Source: a virus (Duplodnaviria > Heunggongvirae > Uroviricota > Caudoviricetes). Taken from it: a DNA stretch of 64,000 nt. Below are positions 1 through 9,900 of this stretch, one piece after another. Under the pieces are notes generated by a model. It was not told the origin of the DNA, made no database searches, and was given only the letters and a program-made list of their open reading frames with translations. Within the stretch, counting starts at the first letter, position 1, and each line of letters begins with the position of its first letter. The stretch lies in IMG/VR virus record IMGVR_UViG_3300028048_000043. One strand, written 5' to 3'. The translations under genes and the position numbers were made by a program.

Positions 1-1
1 A

Positions 2-1975
2 GGAGGTGGAGAATCTGGACAGAAAGAGCAGGGAACAAACGGGAAAAATAATTCCACAGATGGTTCGTCTGGTGGTTCACAAGGAGGAGATAATAATGAC
101 GAAAACGGTGAAAACGGTGATTCTCAATCTGGTGGTTCAGGAGAATCTCAATCCGGTAACGAAACCACAGATAATAACGGAGAGAAAGATGGCGGAACCG
201 GTGGAGATTTGTCTGGTTCAGACGACTCAGAAGAAGATATGAGTGGAGGAATTTCTGGAGAAGGAGACGATGGAAGCGATGATTTGTCAGACGAAGCTTA
301 TGATGCAATATCACAGGAAGCCGAGAAACAGTATGGAAACGGATCTGTTGCAATGAGAAATGCGGGAGATCAATCTGGAGAATTAAAGGGTAGTCATGTT
401 ATTTCAAAGGAAGATGCCGATGAAATAAGAAAAGAACTCAACGCGAAGGAAACTTCTACGGATTTGGGGGCGACTGGAACAGATGAAGACGTCGAAGAAC
501 TTATCGATCTTAAGAGGGGTTTAGATAGAATGAATGGTCGCGCTAATCATAAGGCTGGTGATGCTGAAGATTATAAGAAAACAGATGGTGCGTTTGATGC
601 TCAAATTAGAAAAGTAAAAGCTTCAACAGAAGGACCTATTGATTGGAAAGCTGTATTTAAAGATTTTACGAAGGTGCTATCTCATGAACACGAAAGAAAG
701 CACTTCAGGAAAAATTTGGCGGTTCGTGCAGGAATATATGCAAAGAACTCCTATAGAAAGCGTTCAGATTTTGAAAAGTGTGTTGTATATGTAGATACCT
801 CTGGTTCTGCATATGGATTCGTGCAGGTAATGATTCAGGAGCTTGCTAGACTTTTGGATGATTGCAACTTCGAATCAATGGATGTCAGACTTTTCTCGGA
901 CAGCGTTTATAAAAGCTACTTGAATCTCGATCCGACAGATGTTGTGGATGGAAAACTCAAGATTGAGGTATCGTCCGGAGGAACATCACTTGATGCTGTA
1001 TACAAAAACATATCAAAGAAATATTGTGATGAATACGGTGAGATAAATGATGGAATATCGGCTATTGTTATACTTACAGACGTTTCGGGTATATGGGGAA
1101 CATATGTTGAGTTATCGGAGTCGGATTTGGATACAGACTGTAAAGAGAAAATGTTCTATGCCGTTTATGATGAGTCGTCTCGTTCAAGAGAAGAAGTGGA
1201 AGGTGTCGTTCGCGATGCTATTGATGAGGATTCAGGGTTTATTATAGTTTGTCTCGAAAATTTAATTAGTTCGTTAAAGGGCGATGAATCTGTTTCGGAA
1301 TCAATGAATGAAGGTAGGCTTGAATTTTCCGATTATGATAATAAAGACGATAATCCAACAAATGAACCAAAATCAGAAGAAGATGAAGAAAAAATTTTTA
1401 AAAGACTAGGTCTTCATACTGCCAGATTATCAGGAAACTATGAAGGAGCATCTCCTGAAATAGTAGCAACATTGAAAGAATATCTTCCTAATGTTTCTCC
1501 TGTTTCAAACGAAGCTACGTTGTCAACGAAAGAAAATACCTATTTTATTGACGATGATGAAATTGTAAGTATACACATGAATCTTACAAATGATAATATT
1601 CAGAATTTCCTTTTAACATGCGAAAAGGTTAAATACGGAAGACTTATCGGAAATGTTAATATAAGTGATATAACTATAGAAAACCTTCCTGATAGTTTCC
1701 CTGTTGAAGTTGACGGAGATTTTTCGATAATAAACGTTAGCGGTATAACAACATTGAAACACTTTCCTAAGATAATCACTGGAACACCTGAGATAGTTAT
1801 GTGGTCGAGAAGAATGAAAGATGATTCTGGAAATTACATAAATACACAAAAGGCTATAAAAGATTATATTAGTCGTATTGGTAAGGATCAAGATTATATC
1901 AATAGATATAAAAAGATATACGAGAGATTTAATGCTGCTAACGAATATATAAACAAACACAAATCAAAGAGATGA
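2..1975 (+). CDS. VWA-domain protein (DUF2201/metallopeptidase-VWA-like), 5'-truncated, with an extra C-terminal domain
   Basis: The frame is open from nt 2 (GGGESGQKEQ..., Gly/Ser/Asp-rich linker), so the true start lies upstream of the window. It has a MIDAS motif VYVDTSGS...GGTS...ILTD. The C-terminal ~220 aa are paralogous to the N-terminus of the next ORF. Confidence 0.75.
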   Translation, partial: GGGESGQKEQGTNGKNNSTDGSSGGSQGGDNNDENGENGDSQSGGSGESQSGNETTDNNGEKDGGTGGDLSGSDDSEEDMSGGISGEGDDGSDDLSDEAYDAISQEAEKQYGNGSVAMRNAGDQSGELKGSHVISKEDADEIRKELNAKETSTDLGATGTDEDVEELIDLKRGLDRMNGRANHKAGDAEDYKKTDGAFDAQIRKVKASTEGPIDWKAVFKDFTKVLSHEHERKHFRKNLAVRAGIYAKNSYRKRSDFEKCVVYVDTSGSAYGFVQVMIQELARLLDDCNFESMDVRLFSDSVYKSYLNLDPTDVVDGKLKIEVSSGGTSLDAVYKNISKKYCDEYGEINDGISAIVILTDVSGIWGTYVELSESDLDTDCKEKMFYAVYDESSRSREEVEGVVRDAIDEDSGFIIVCLENLISSLKGDESVSESMNEGRLEFSDYDNKDDNPTNEPKSEEDEEKIFKRLGLHTARLSGNYEGASPEIVATLKEYLPNVSPVSNEATLSTKENTYFIDDDEIVSIHMNLTNDNIQNFLLTCEKVKYGRLIGNVNISDITIENLPDSFPVEVDGDFSIINVSGITTLKHFPKIITGTPEIVMWSRRMKDDSGNYINTQKAIKDYISRIGKDQDYINRYKKIYERFNAANEYINKHKSKR

Positions 1976-4944
1976 AAAAAATAAAGATAAACGAAGGTAG
2001 GCTTACTTTTGATGATTATGATATAATCGATAAAAGTAATGATACATCCGTCGATAGTGAAAAAAGAAGCGTCGATTCTTCAGATGGTGATTCGACTAAT
2101 CCAGAAGAAGATGAGAAACTGTTTAAACGTCTTGCTTTGCAAACAGCTAGATTATCTGGAAATTACGAGGGTGCATCGCCAGAGATTGTTGCCGCTATAG
2201 TTAAATATATGCCAGAACTAAGACCCGTGTCGAGCGAGTTTAGCCTTGAAGAAAATGAAAACACATATTATATAGATGACGATGAGTTCGTTAGCGTTCA
2301 TATAAATCTTGATAATGACAATATCAAGAATTTCATCAATATCTGTAACGATGGTGTTGTTTTTCTAAAATTGATTGGAAGTGTTAACATACAGAACGCC
2401 TTTGGTCTTAATGATGTTAAATTATTCCCGGCTGGATTCCCAAGAGAAATTGATGGGCAATTTATAATTAAACGTGTTGCCAGACCAATTAACTATAATA
2501 ATGCTCCAGTAAAATTTAGTGAAAAACCAGTTATAGTTACAATTAATAAGCATCTTGAAATCAAAGCAAACGAATATATTAACAGAGTTTGGTCAACCGA
2601 AACAAATGAAAATAAAACAGAAAAACACGATATGAAAATAGATCTTTTAAGTGAGGCAAGAAAAAGATTTTCACTTGGAGAAAGTTTTGCTTCAAATATA
2701 AATGAGGCTATGGGTCCAAAACTTTCCGCCCTTCTTCCAGCTAAAGGTGTCAGAAAGGGTTCAATGGACGATGATAATTTTGTTAGAGAAAATAACAGGA
2801 GAGTTATATTTGATATAATTGACCCAATGATAAACATTCCATGGGGAAATCTAGATGAAGATAAAGTAACTGTTCTTAATGATGCTCTTGAAATTGCGGA
2901 AGATGTAGCAACTGGTAAGAAAGATTTCGAGGGAATAAAGATATTCACAACAAAGGATAGACTCATTAGTGCAGTTTATGCTGCTTCTCCAAACAATAAA
3001 ATTCCAAAAATTGTATACCTTAGAGGAGATGATGGACAGGATCTTATTGATCCAAATGCTATCGCTGAAGAGATAAACAAAAGACATGTTTATTATGGAA
3101 GAAAATCTAAGAGTCTTGAAGACTTTGGTATAACGAGTAATGAACTTCCAAAAGATGAGAATGCAACTGTATCAGATCTTGTTTGCGGTTGTGTTTACTG
3201 GGCTCTTGGTGCATTGAAGTTCGGTCACGAGGAAAATCGTAGAAGATATACCGCAAAGACTTTCGATCCGTCTTCTGGTAGCGACAACAACGAAATTTTC
3301 GACAAGGTTATGTCTATTCTTTTCGGAAATTATGAACAGGTTCGCGAAAACGATAAAGCTGTAAAATTCAAGATAGATTTTGAATACGAAAAGAGTTCAG
3401 ACAATAGAAAAACAGAGTTTGTTATTATTGGTAATCCATCATCAAACCAGGCGTCATATAAAACTGATTTTGTTAGAGCTATAAAAGCAGCAAACGGAAA
3501 TGTCTCAGACATCGTTGAGCTTTTAAGCGAAGATATGCTTAAAGCGATTGCGTTTGGCTGTGGAATTCGTTTAATCGATGAATACCCAACCTATACAATA
3601 AATGATATTGAAGAAGGTTCAAGAGAAGATCTTGTCAATATCGTTCAGGGAATTCTTGATGCAAAAATCGTTGGTTCCGCAATTAAGAGAGCTTCTTATG
3701 CTGGTAATAAATGGAGTAAGAACCTTGAAAGCGAAAAAATAAATAACCCGGCTACGGTTGGTCTTCTTTTCCCAGATAAAATGGCTAAAGAGTATAAAGT
3801 AGACGTTAAGATTAAAGATGAATATAAAAAGAGACTATTCTTGGTCGCTGATAGAGCTCTTGCTAAATCTGGAACATATGATGTTCTTGGAAATAAAGCA
3901 GAATATTCTGGAACAGTATTTAATGCAATCGAAGACTTTAAAAATAATGTGTTTACAAAAGAAAGACTTTCAGAAACATATAAAGTTATCAAGTCTTATG
4001 CTGCTGGTACAACGTTTGGTGTAGCGAATTTGAAAGATGTTAGAGAATCTCTTTCGTTTATTCCTGTTGTAATAAATAACATCCTTGATATATATTCACA
4101 TGTTGGTGTTGATAAGATTGAATCAGACACATATGATGAAATAAGCGGATTTGCTAGCACTTTGTCAATAATTGATGACAAATTGAACGAAATTGAAAGT
4201 ATTGGTGTAGCAGATCCAAATTCTGTTTCCAGAAGCACTGCTGATAAAGTGTTCGATTTATTTGATGATATCAAGAAGGAAACAGAAAATCTTGTTAAAT
4301 TCCGTGATAACGTGGGAAAAGCAAACGGAGAGATGCCTATAATGGGTAAACTCTCAAACGCTATAAGACAAGCTAATATGAAGAGGGTTGACAGAGAGTT
4401 AAGACGTCAATCTACGACGCAACCATCTGAAGAACAAAGTTCCGGTGCACCATCTTTTGATACAAAGGAATTCAGTGACAATGTGACAAAGGTTAACAGA
4501 TATGTAAATAGTCTCAATTTCAAAGTTCCACAGATAAAGAAAAACGCAGCGTCGATAACAGATAGAAATGTTCAGAGAAAATTAAAAAATATTGACGGAT
4601 TTGTTTCAGATTTGAAGGAAGTTGCAAAATTCGGTAACGACGTTGTTAATAGCGGAGATTTTAATTTCCTTGAAAGTAGAAAATATATCGTTGATGACTT
4701 CTCAGAACTTGTCGATAAATTAAATCTTATCATGGGAACGAAGGGTATTGAGCCAATTGTAAGAGTTATATCACAGTGCCTACCAATTTTGGAAAATGTT
4801 CTTGATGTTGCGGATACGTATTACGATGCTCTAGATAGAAGAGAAAAGAACTCTCTCAGCATGGCAGAATCAGTCAAGTCTAAACCAGGTCTCAGACTCG
4901 TTGAATCCGTAAACGGAATCAAGATTTACAGAAGAGTAAAATAA
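1972..4944 (+). CDS. large hypothetical protein, probable virion/head internal protein (990 aa)
   Basis: Long ORF with an ATGA overlap with the upstream gene. It has several (I/L/V)xE motifs (KINEG, LSEA, NINEA, LVES). No catalytic motif recognised. Confidence 0.6.
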   Translation: MKKIKINEGRLTFDDYDIIDKSNDTSVDSEKRSVDSSDGDSTNPEEDEKLFKRLALQTARLSGNYEGASPEIVAAIVKYMPELRPVSSEFSLEENENTYYIDDDEFVSVHINLDNDNIKNFINICNDGVVFLKLIGSVNIQNAFGLNDVKLFPAGFPREIDGQFIIKRVARPINYNNAPVKFSEKPVIVTINKHLEIKANEYINRVWSTETNENKTEKHDMKIDLLSEARKRFSLGESFASNINEAMGPKLSALLPAKGVRKGSMDDDNFVRENNRRVIFDIIDPMINIPWGNLDEDKVTVLNDALEIAEDVATGKKDFEGIKIFTTKDRLISAVYAASPNNKIPKIVYLRGDDGQDLIDPNAIAEEINKRHVYYGRKSKSLEDFGITSNELPKDENATVSDLVCGCVYWALGALKFGHEENRRRYTAKTFDPSSGSDNNEIFDKVMSILFGNYEQVRENDKAVKFKIDFEYEKSSDNRKTEFVIIGNPSSNQASYKTDFVRAIKAANGNVSDIVELLSEDMLKAIAFGCGIRLIDEYPTYTINDIEEGSREDLVNIVQGILDAKIVGSAIKRASYAGNKWSKNLESEKINNPATVGLLFPDKMAKEYKVDVKIKDEYKKRLFLVADRALAKSGTYDVLGNKAEYSGTVFNAIEDFKNNVFTKERLSETYKVIKSYAAGTTFGVANLKDVRESLSFIPVVINNILDIYSHVGVDKIESDTYDEISGFASTLSIIDDKLNEIESIGVADPNSVSRSTADKVFDLFDDIKKETENLVKFRDNVGKANGEMPIMGKLSNAIRQANMKRVDRELRRQSTTQPSEEQSSGAPSFDTKEFSDNVTKVNRYVNSLNFKVPQIKKNAASITDRNVQRKLKNIDGFVSDLKEVAKFGNDVVNSGDFNFLESRKYIVDDFSELVDKLNLIMGTKGIEPIVRVISQCLPILENVLDVADTYYDALDRREKNSLSMAESVKSKPGLRLVESVNGIKIYRRVK

Positions 4945-4965
4945 CTTATGTTTAACCTAAAAAAG

Positions 4966-4989
4966 AAAGCCGCAGAAATGCGGCTTTTC
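4966..4989. terminator. bidirectional intrinsic terminator
   Basis: aaagccgca-GAAA-tgcggcttt with A-run before and T-run after, between convergent genes. Confidence 0.85.
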
Positions 4990-5766
4990 TCATTTAACGC
5001 TTCTCGCTTTATCGTAGCTTTTAGTCCTCAGTTCTAACAACCTCTCCATATATCCGTTTCTTCGCAGAGTTTTGAATATGAGGTTTCCTTCTGACATTTC
5101 CGGATTGCCTTCGTCGAAATTGTCTTTCCTGATCGATTTTATTCTATCGAAAAGATCACTAGCGTCGCTGTATACATTCCATGCGTCGTTTCCGTCTGAG
5201 AATCTTTTTTCCAAATCTTCTATCTCTGTCATAAGTTCGGCCGACTTTTCCTTGATATCGTCTTTATCAAGACCATCGGTAGAAATTTTATCTTTATCCG
5301 GTTCAACATTCCATTTATTTTTAAGAATGGAATAAACACCGGATGATGTGTGCTTTTCTATTGTATCCTGCACATATAGTTCAACGGGGAAACCGTTTAC
5401 CGTTATATCTTCGTGTGTTTTGTTCCAATTTTTTCTTACGGCGTCGAAATATTTCTTTATCAACTCTCTGTCGTCGCCTATAGTAGAGAAATCTATAACT
5501 ATGTGGAGATCTACGTCAGAGTGTTCTTTGCTCCAGTTATAGTTTGCGAGAGAACCTGTGAAAATTATGTCTTCAACGGAGATGCCTTCGATTTCAAGAT
5601 CCTCCAAAAAATCTCTCGATATAGATAGAAGATCTTTTCTTATTTCAGGTTTTAGTTTATTGTTTTCCCAGATGTCTTTATTGAGTTCATCCTTCGGTGC
5701 AAATGATTTCAAATCTACATCTTCGGGTGTTGCTTCGTCTAATTCTTTATATTTGAAATATTTCAT
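4990..5766 (-). CDS. DNA polymerase-beta superfamily nucleotidyltransferase
   Basis: IIFTGSLANYNW...SDVDLHIV gives the hG[GS]...DxD motif; third acidic residue in VELYVQD; helical C-terminus. Confidence 0.8.
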   Translation of the reverse strand: MKYFKYKELDEATPEDVDLKSFAPKDELNKDIWENNKLKPEIRKDLLSISRDFLEDLEIEGISVEDIIFTGSLANYNWSKEHSDVDLHIVIDFSTIGDDRELIKKYFDAVRKNWNKTHEDITVNGFPVELYVQDTIEKHTSSGVYSILKNKWNVEPDKDKISTDGLDKDDIKEKSAELMTEIEDLEKRFSDGNDAWNVYSDASDLFDRIKSIRKDNFDEGNPEMSEGNLIFKTLRRNGYMERLLELRTKSYDKARSVK

Positions 5767-5786
5767 TTTACTATTAAAAATTTTTA

Positions 5787-5793
5787 TATTTAT
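5787..5793 (-). promoter_or_regulatory. putative late promoter ATAAATA for the nucleotidyltransferase
   Basis: ATAAATA on the minus strand ~20 nt before the ATG; the same motif precedes the structural genes. Confidence 0.5.
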
Positions 5794-5884
5794 CCCCGTT
5801 TTAATTTTTTAAAACACATCAAAAATTTTCATATTGATATATAATACTTTAAGGTTTTTGTTTTTATAAAGACAATATTTTCTG

Positions 5885-5894
5885 TATATTTGCA
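5885..5894 (+). promoter_or_regulatory. Bacteroidota-type -7 promoter element TATATTTGCA (nrd operon)
   Basis: Matches the TAnnTTTG consensus of the Bacteroides primary sigma factor; near-identical copies lie before other early genes. Confidence 0.7.
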
Positions 5895-5950
5895 AAGCAA
5901 AGATTACAAAAATCAGCATAAATAAAACACCTTAATTTAGTAGAAAGTTT

Positions 5951-6430
5951 ATGATTAGATATATTCCAGAAGACACAACAGTTGTACTCGCTGAGGTACC
6001 TGATGAAATCTCTTTAGCTATAAATTTGTCAAATTGTCCACACCGATGTCCAGGATGTCATTCTCCTTATCTTCAGGAAAATAAAGGTGATGAACTAACG
6101 TTTGATGTAGCAAAAAAGCTCATAGACAAAAATTGCGGAATCACGTGTGTAGTTTTTATGGGCGGAGATTCTACACCGGCACAGTTGGTTAAACTTGTAT
6201 ATGACTTGAGGCAAGTTTATCCTGAATTGAAGTTTGCGGTATACTCTGGAAACCCAATCGCACGACCAGATTATATCGCGATGTTTGACTATATAAAACT
6301 CGGTGAGTATAAAGCAGATCTTGGTGGACTTGACTCTGAGACAACAAATCAAAAATTTTTCAAGAAGATCATGAAGGATGGGAGACCTTTCCTTGAAAAT
6401 CAAACATATAAATTTAAGAAGAAATGGTAA
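5951..6430 (+). CDS. nrdG: anaerobic ribonucleotide reductase activase (radical SAM)
   Basis: CPHRCPGC gives the CxxxCxxC motif; FMGGD; YIKLGEY; adjacent to nrdD. Confidence 0.92.
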   Translation: MIRYIPEDTTVVLAEVPDEISLAINLSNCPHRCPGCHSPYLQENKGDELTFDVAKKLIDKNCGITCVVFMGGDSTPAQLVKLVYDLRQVYPELKFAVYSGNPIARPDYIAMFDYIKLGEYKADLGGLDSETTNQKFFKKIMKDGRPFLENQTYKFKKKW

Positions 6431-6744
6431 ATTGCGGAAGTTGGAGTGACGTGCTCTACGAATTGAACAAAACGCCTGGTGGTCGTACAGTTCTAAAAAT
6501 ATCTACGTCTTGGTGTGGACCTTGCCGGACGCTTCAAAAAATACTCGAAGGTATAGAAGGAACAGTTGATAATGTTAAATTCATATGTGTCGACGCGGAT
6601 GAAGTTGATGATGAATTTATTCTTGAGAAATTTAACGTTAGGGGGGTTCCTGTCTTAATAGTCCTTGATGAGAACGGAGAGACTATAAGTCAAACGGTTG
6701 GTTTGCAGACAAAAGAACAAATTCTTGAAAGACTGAAACCATAA
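6424..6744 (+). CDS. trx: thioredoxin
   Basis: WCGPC active site, cis-Pro motif GVPVL, 106 aa. Confidence 0.9.
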   Translation: MVNCGSWSDVLYELNKTPGGRTVLKISTSWCGPCRTLQKILEGIEGTVDNVKFICVDADEVDDEFILEKFNVRGVPVLIVLDENGETISQTVGLQTKEQILERLKP

Positions 6745-6745
6745 A

Positions 6746-6857
6746 TGTCCAGATAATCGTTAATGATTTCTATGTTTGGGCAATTATCTGGACAAAGTAT
6801 CTCGAAAAAATTTACAGAATTACATATCTAGACAATTTTCTAGACAAATGTCTAGAT
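6746..6857. repeat. cluster of TCT(A/G)GACA direct and inverted repeats upstream of nrdD
   Basis: tgtccagataat (6746-6757) and attatctggaca (6783-6794) form a perfect 12-bp inverted repeat. Further copies: atctagaca 6826-6834, tctagaca 6839-6846, tgtctagat 6849-6857. Confidence 0.75.
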
Positions 6858-6903
6858 GGGCACATATTAACAAAATTAAAATAAAAATCAAGACAAATAT
6901 AAT

Positions 6904-9900
6904 ATGAACGTTAGAAAAAGTGACGGAAGCATTGAAGAATACAGCGCCGAAAAGGTTAAGAAAGGAATACGTGAAGCATTTGAAGCGGTTGGTGAAGTTT
7001 GCGATGACGCTGTTCTTTCTTTAATAGAAGGAAACCTTTATAATTATGAGAATATATCATCTTCAGAGATTGAGAGACAGGTTTCTGAATCTTTAATGTC
7101 AATAAACAAAAAAGCAGCTCGAAAATATCTAGATAAAGCGAGCGAGAATAAAGTATTAAAGAAAAATGATGATTTCGTAAGAAATTATATCGCCGCTTCA
7201 AATGCGGCAACAGGATCTAAATATGACTCAAACGCAAACGTATCAAACAAAAATATTGTTACGCTTGGACAGGAGCTGCACAAAGGCGAGAATATTCAAC
7301 AGAATAGATATATTATGCAAAACAAGATCAAGCAACTCTATTCCAAAAAACTTGCTGATCAGTATATCTATGATTTGGAACACCATATCATATATAGACA
7401 TGATGAGTCCGGAACACCAGGATATCCATACTGTGTTGCTATTACAATGTACCCGTTCTTAACCGATGGATTAACGAAACTCGGTGGATTATCTATTGCA
7501 CCGACAGACTTGAAGAGTTATTGTGGCGAGTTTATTAATCTTGTTTACTCTGTTTCTTCACAATTTATGGGTGCAGTTGCGACACCAGAGTTCCTTCTAT
7601 ATATGGATTACTTCATAAGAAAGGATTACGGTGAAGACTATCTCAATCATCTAGATGATGTAGTTGAAAACAATAGAAAACACAGAACTCTTGAACAGGT
7701 TATCGAGAATTCGTTTCAGCAAGTTGTTCATTCCATGAATATGCCAGCCGGAAATAGGGGGTATCAGACTGTTTTCTGGAATGTTAGTTATTTTGACAGA
7801 CCTTACTTTGAAGGTGTGTTCGGAGATTTTGTGTTTCCTGACGGAACAAAGCCAAAATGGGAAACGTTATCATGGTTGCAGAAAAAGTTTATGAATTGGT
7901 TCTGTAGTGAAAGAGACAAGTATGCTGTTATGACATTCCCTGTTGAAACGTTAGCTATGCTTACGGACGGCGGTGATGGTTTTGTAGATCAAGAATATGC
8001 TGACTTCGCGGCAGAAATGTGGTCAAAAGGACATAGTTTCTTTTGTTATTTGTCAGATAGTCCGGATAGTCTTAGCAGTTGTTGCTTCAGTAAAAACCAA
8101 AAAGTTTTATGGAAATCATCAACAAGTGGCGTTAATTTAACAACTTTAGAAGAACTACATAATTTAAACTGGGAACCATATAAGAAAAATCTTAGAATTT
8201 TCCACAATGGTAGCTGGGTAAGTGGAAAATCAATAAAATTACCAAACAGAAAGATGTATAAAGTTGTTACTGAAAACAACAAAGAAATATACATGACCGA
8301 TAATCATATTAATGTTACAATTGATGGTGAAAAACAGACATCAGAATTAACAGTAAATGATTATTTAATGTTTAATACAATGGCATTAAATGCAGTACCA
8401 GAAAATGATGAACATTTAACATATGAACAAGGTTTTGCTGTTGGTGCTTTTCTTGGTGACGGGTCTTTTGGCAGAAGATTTGACGATGGAGTTATATATG
8501 ATGTAAATTTCTCACAAAACAAAAACAAATATGAGAAATGTATGTCAATGATAGATGCTGCTAACAGTCAATTAGGAGGCGAAACTGTTTCTTGCTTGAG
8601 TTCTGTTTATAACAATGTATATCCAGTTAGAATTTGTTCAAAAAAATTAGTGGCATTTATACAAAGATGGACAAATTGGAAAGAAGGAACATTGTATTAT
8701 AATAAAGAATTGAACCTTGATTGTTTGTTACAGTCTATTGAATTTAGAAAAGGCATTCTTGATGGGTGGTATAATACAGATGGTGGAAATTCTAACAGGT
8801 GCTACACAACAAGTCAAAAACTTGCAGAATGTATGGAGGCTTTAATAACCTCTCTTGGTATGCAATCAATAATTGACATTTCTGATAGAACAGACGAAAA
8901 AGTTGTTATAAGGGGTAAAGAGTATAATAGAAATTATCCATTATATTGTGTTAGATGGTATGAGCAAGCAAATCATAGGACAAACAAAGATACTGAACGT
9001 TCATGGGCAAAGAAAAATAATTCAATTTATTTCAAGATAAAATCAATAGAAGAAGTTGAATATTTAGATGATGTTTATTGTATTGAATGTAAGAACGAAA
9101 AAGAGCCTTACTTCACTCTTCCTTGCGGTCTAATTACTCATAATTGCCGTTTGCGCAACGCCTTAAAAGATAATGCAGAAGACGATCTTAATCATACAAC
9201 GCATCAGTTTTCTATGGGAACCGCGTCCGTTGCTACTGGTTCAAAGTGCGTTATGACAATAGATCTTAATCGTGCGGTTCAGGATGCGACCAGAAAATAT
9301 TTCAAAGATGTAGTTGGAACAGAACTCAACCCAGGAGAAAAACTTCATAATGTTTCAGAAAAAGAAAGAGAGGGAATATATCTTTATATCTGCGATTATA
9401 TCAATGAGCTTACGGAGAGAGTTCATAAATATCTGACATCATTCAATGCAATCATAAAGGATTTCTTTAATGCTAATATGTTGACTGTGTATTCGGCAGG
9501 GTTCATTGATATGAGGAAGCAGTATTTGACTGTCGGCGTGAACGGATTGACGGACGCCGCCGAGTTCATGGGCATTGAAATAACACCAAATGATGAATAT
9601 GAGAAGTTCTCAGGGATGATTCTCGAAACAATAAACAAGTGTAATAAGAGAGACCGCACCAGAGATTGTATGTTTAACACTGAATTCATCCCAGGTGAAA
9701 ACGTTTCATACAAGCATTATGAATGGGACAAGAAAGACGGGTATTATGTTTCTCCAAAACACAATATGTATAGTTCATATTTCTATAATCCTGAGGATCC
9801 AAATATAAGTATATTAGATAAGTTTGTTCTTCATGGAAGAAGATTCTCTTCTATGTGTGATGGAGGAATGGCACTTCATGCAAATCAGAAAGAAATTGGA

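Noticed and set aside
6-242. 78-aa ORF and the 209 start of the VWA gene
   Set aside because: The frame of 209-1975 is open back to nt 2, so the gene starts before the window; 6-242 is an off-frame shadow of its Gly/Ser/Asp linker.
6746-6900. NrdR boxes upstream of nrdD
   Set aside because: The repeats do not match the acaCwAtATaTwGtg NrdR consensus; kept as an unexplained element instead.
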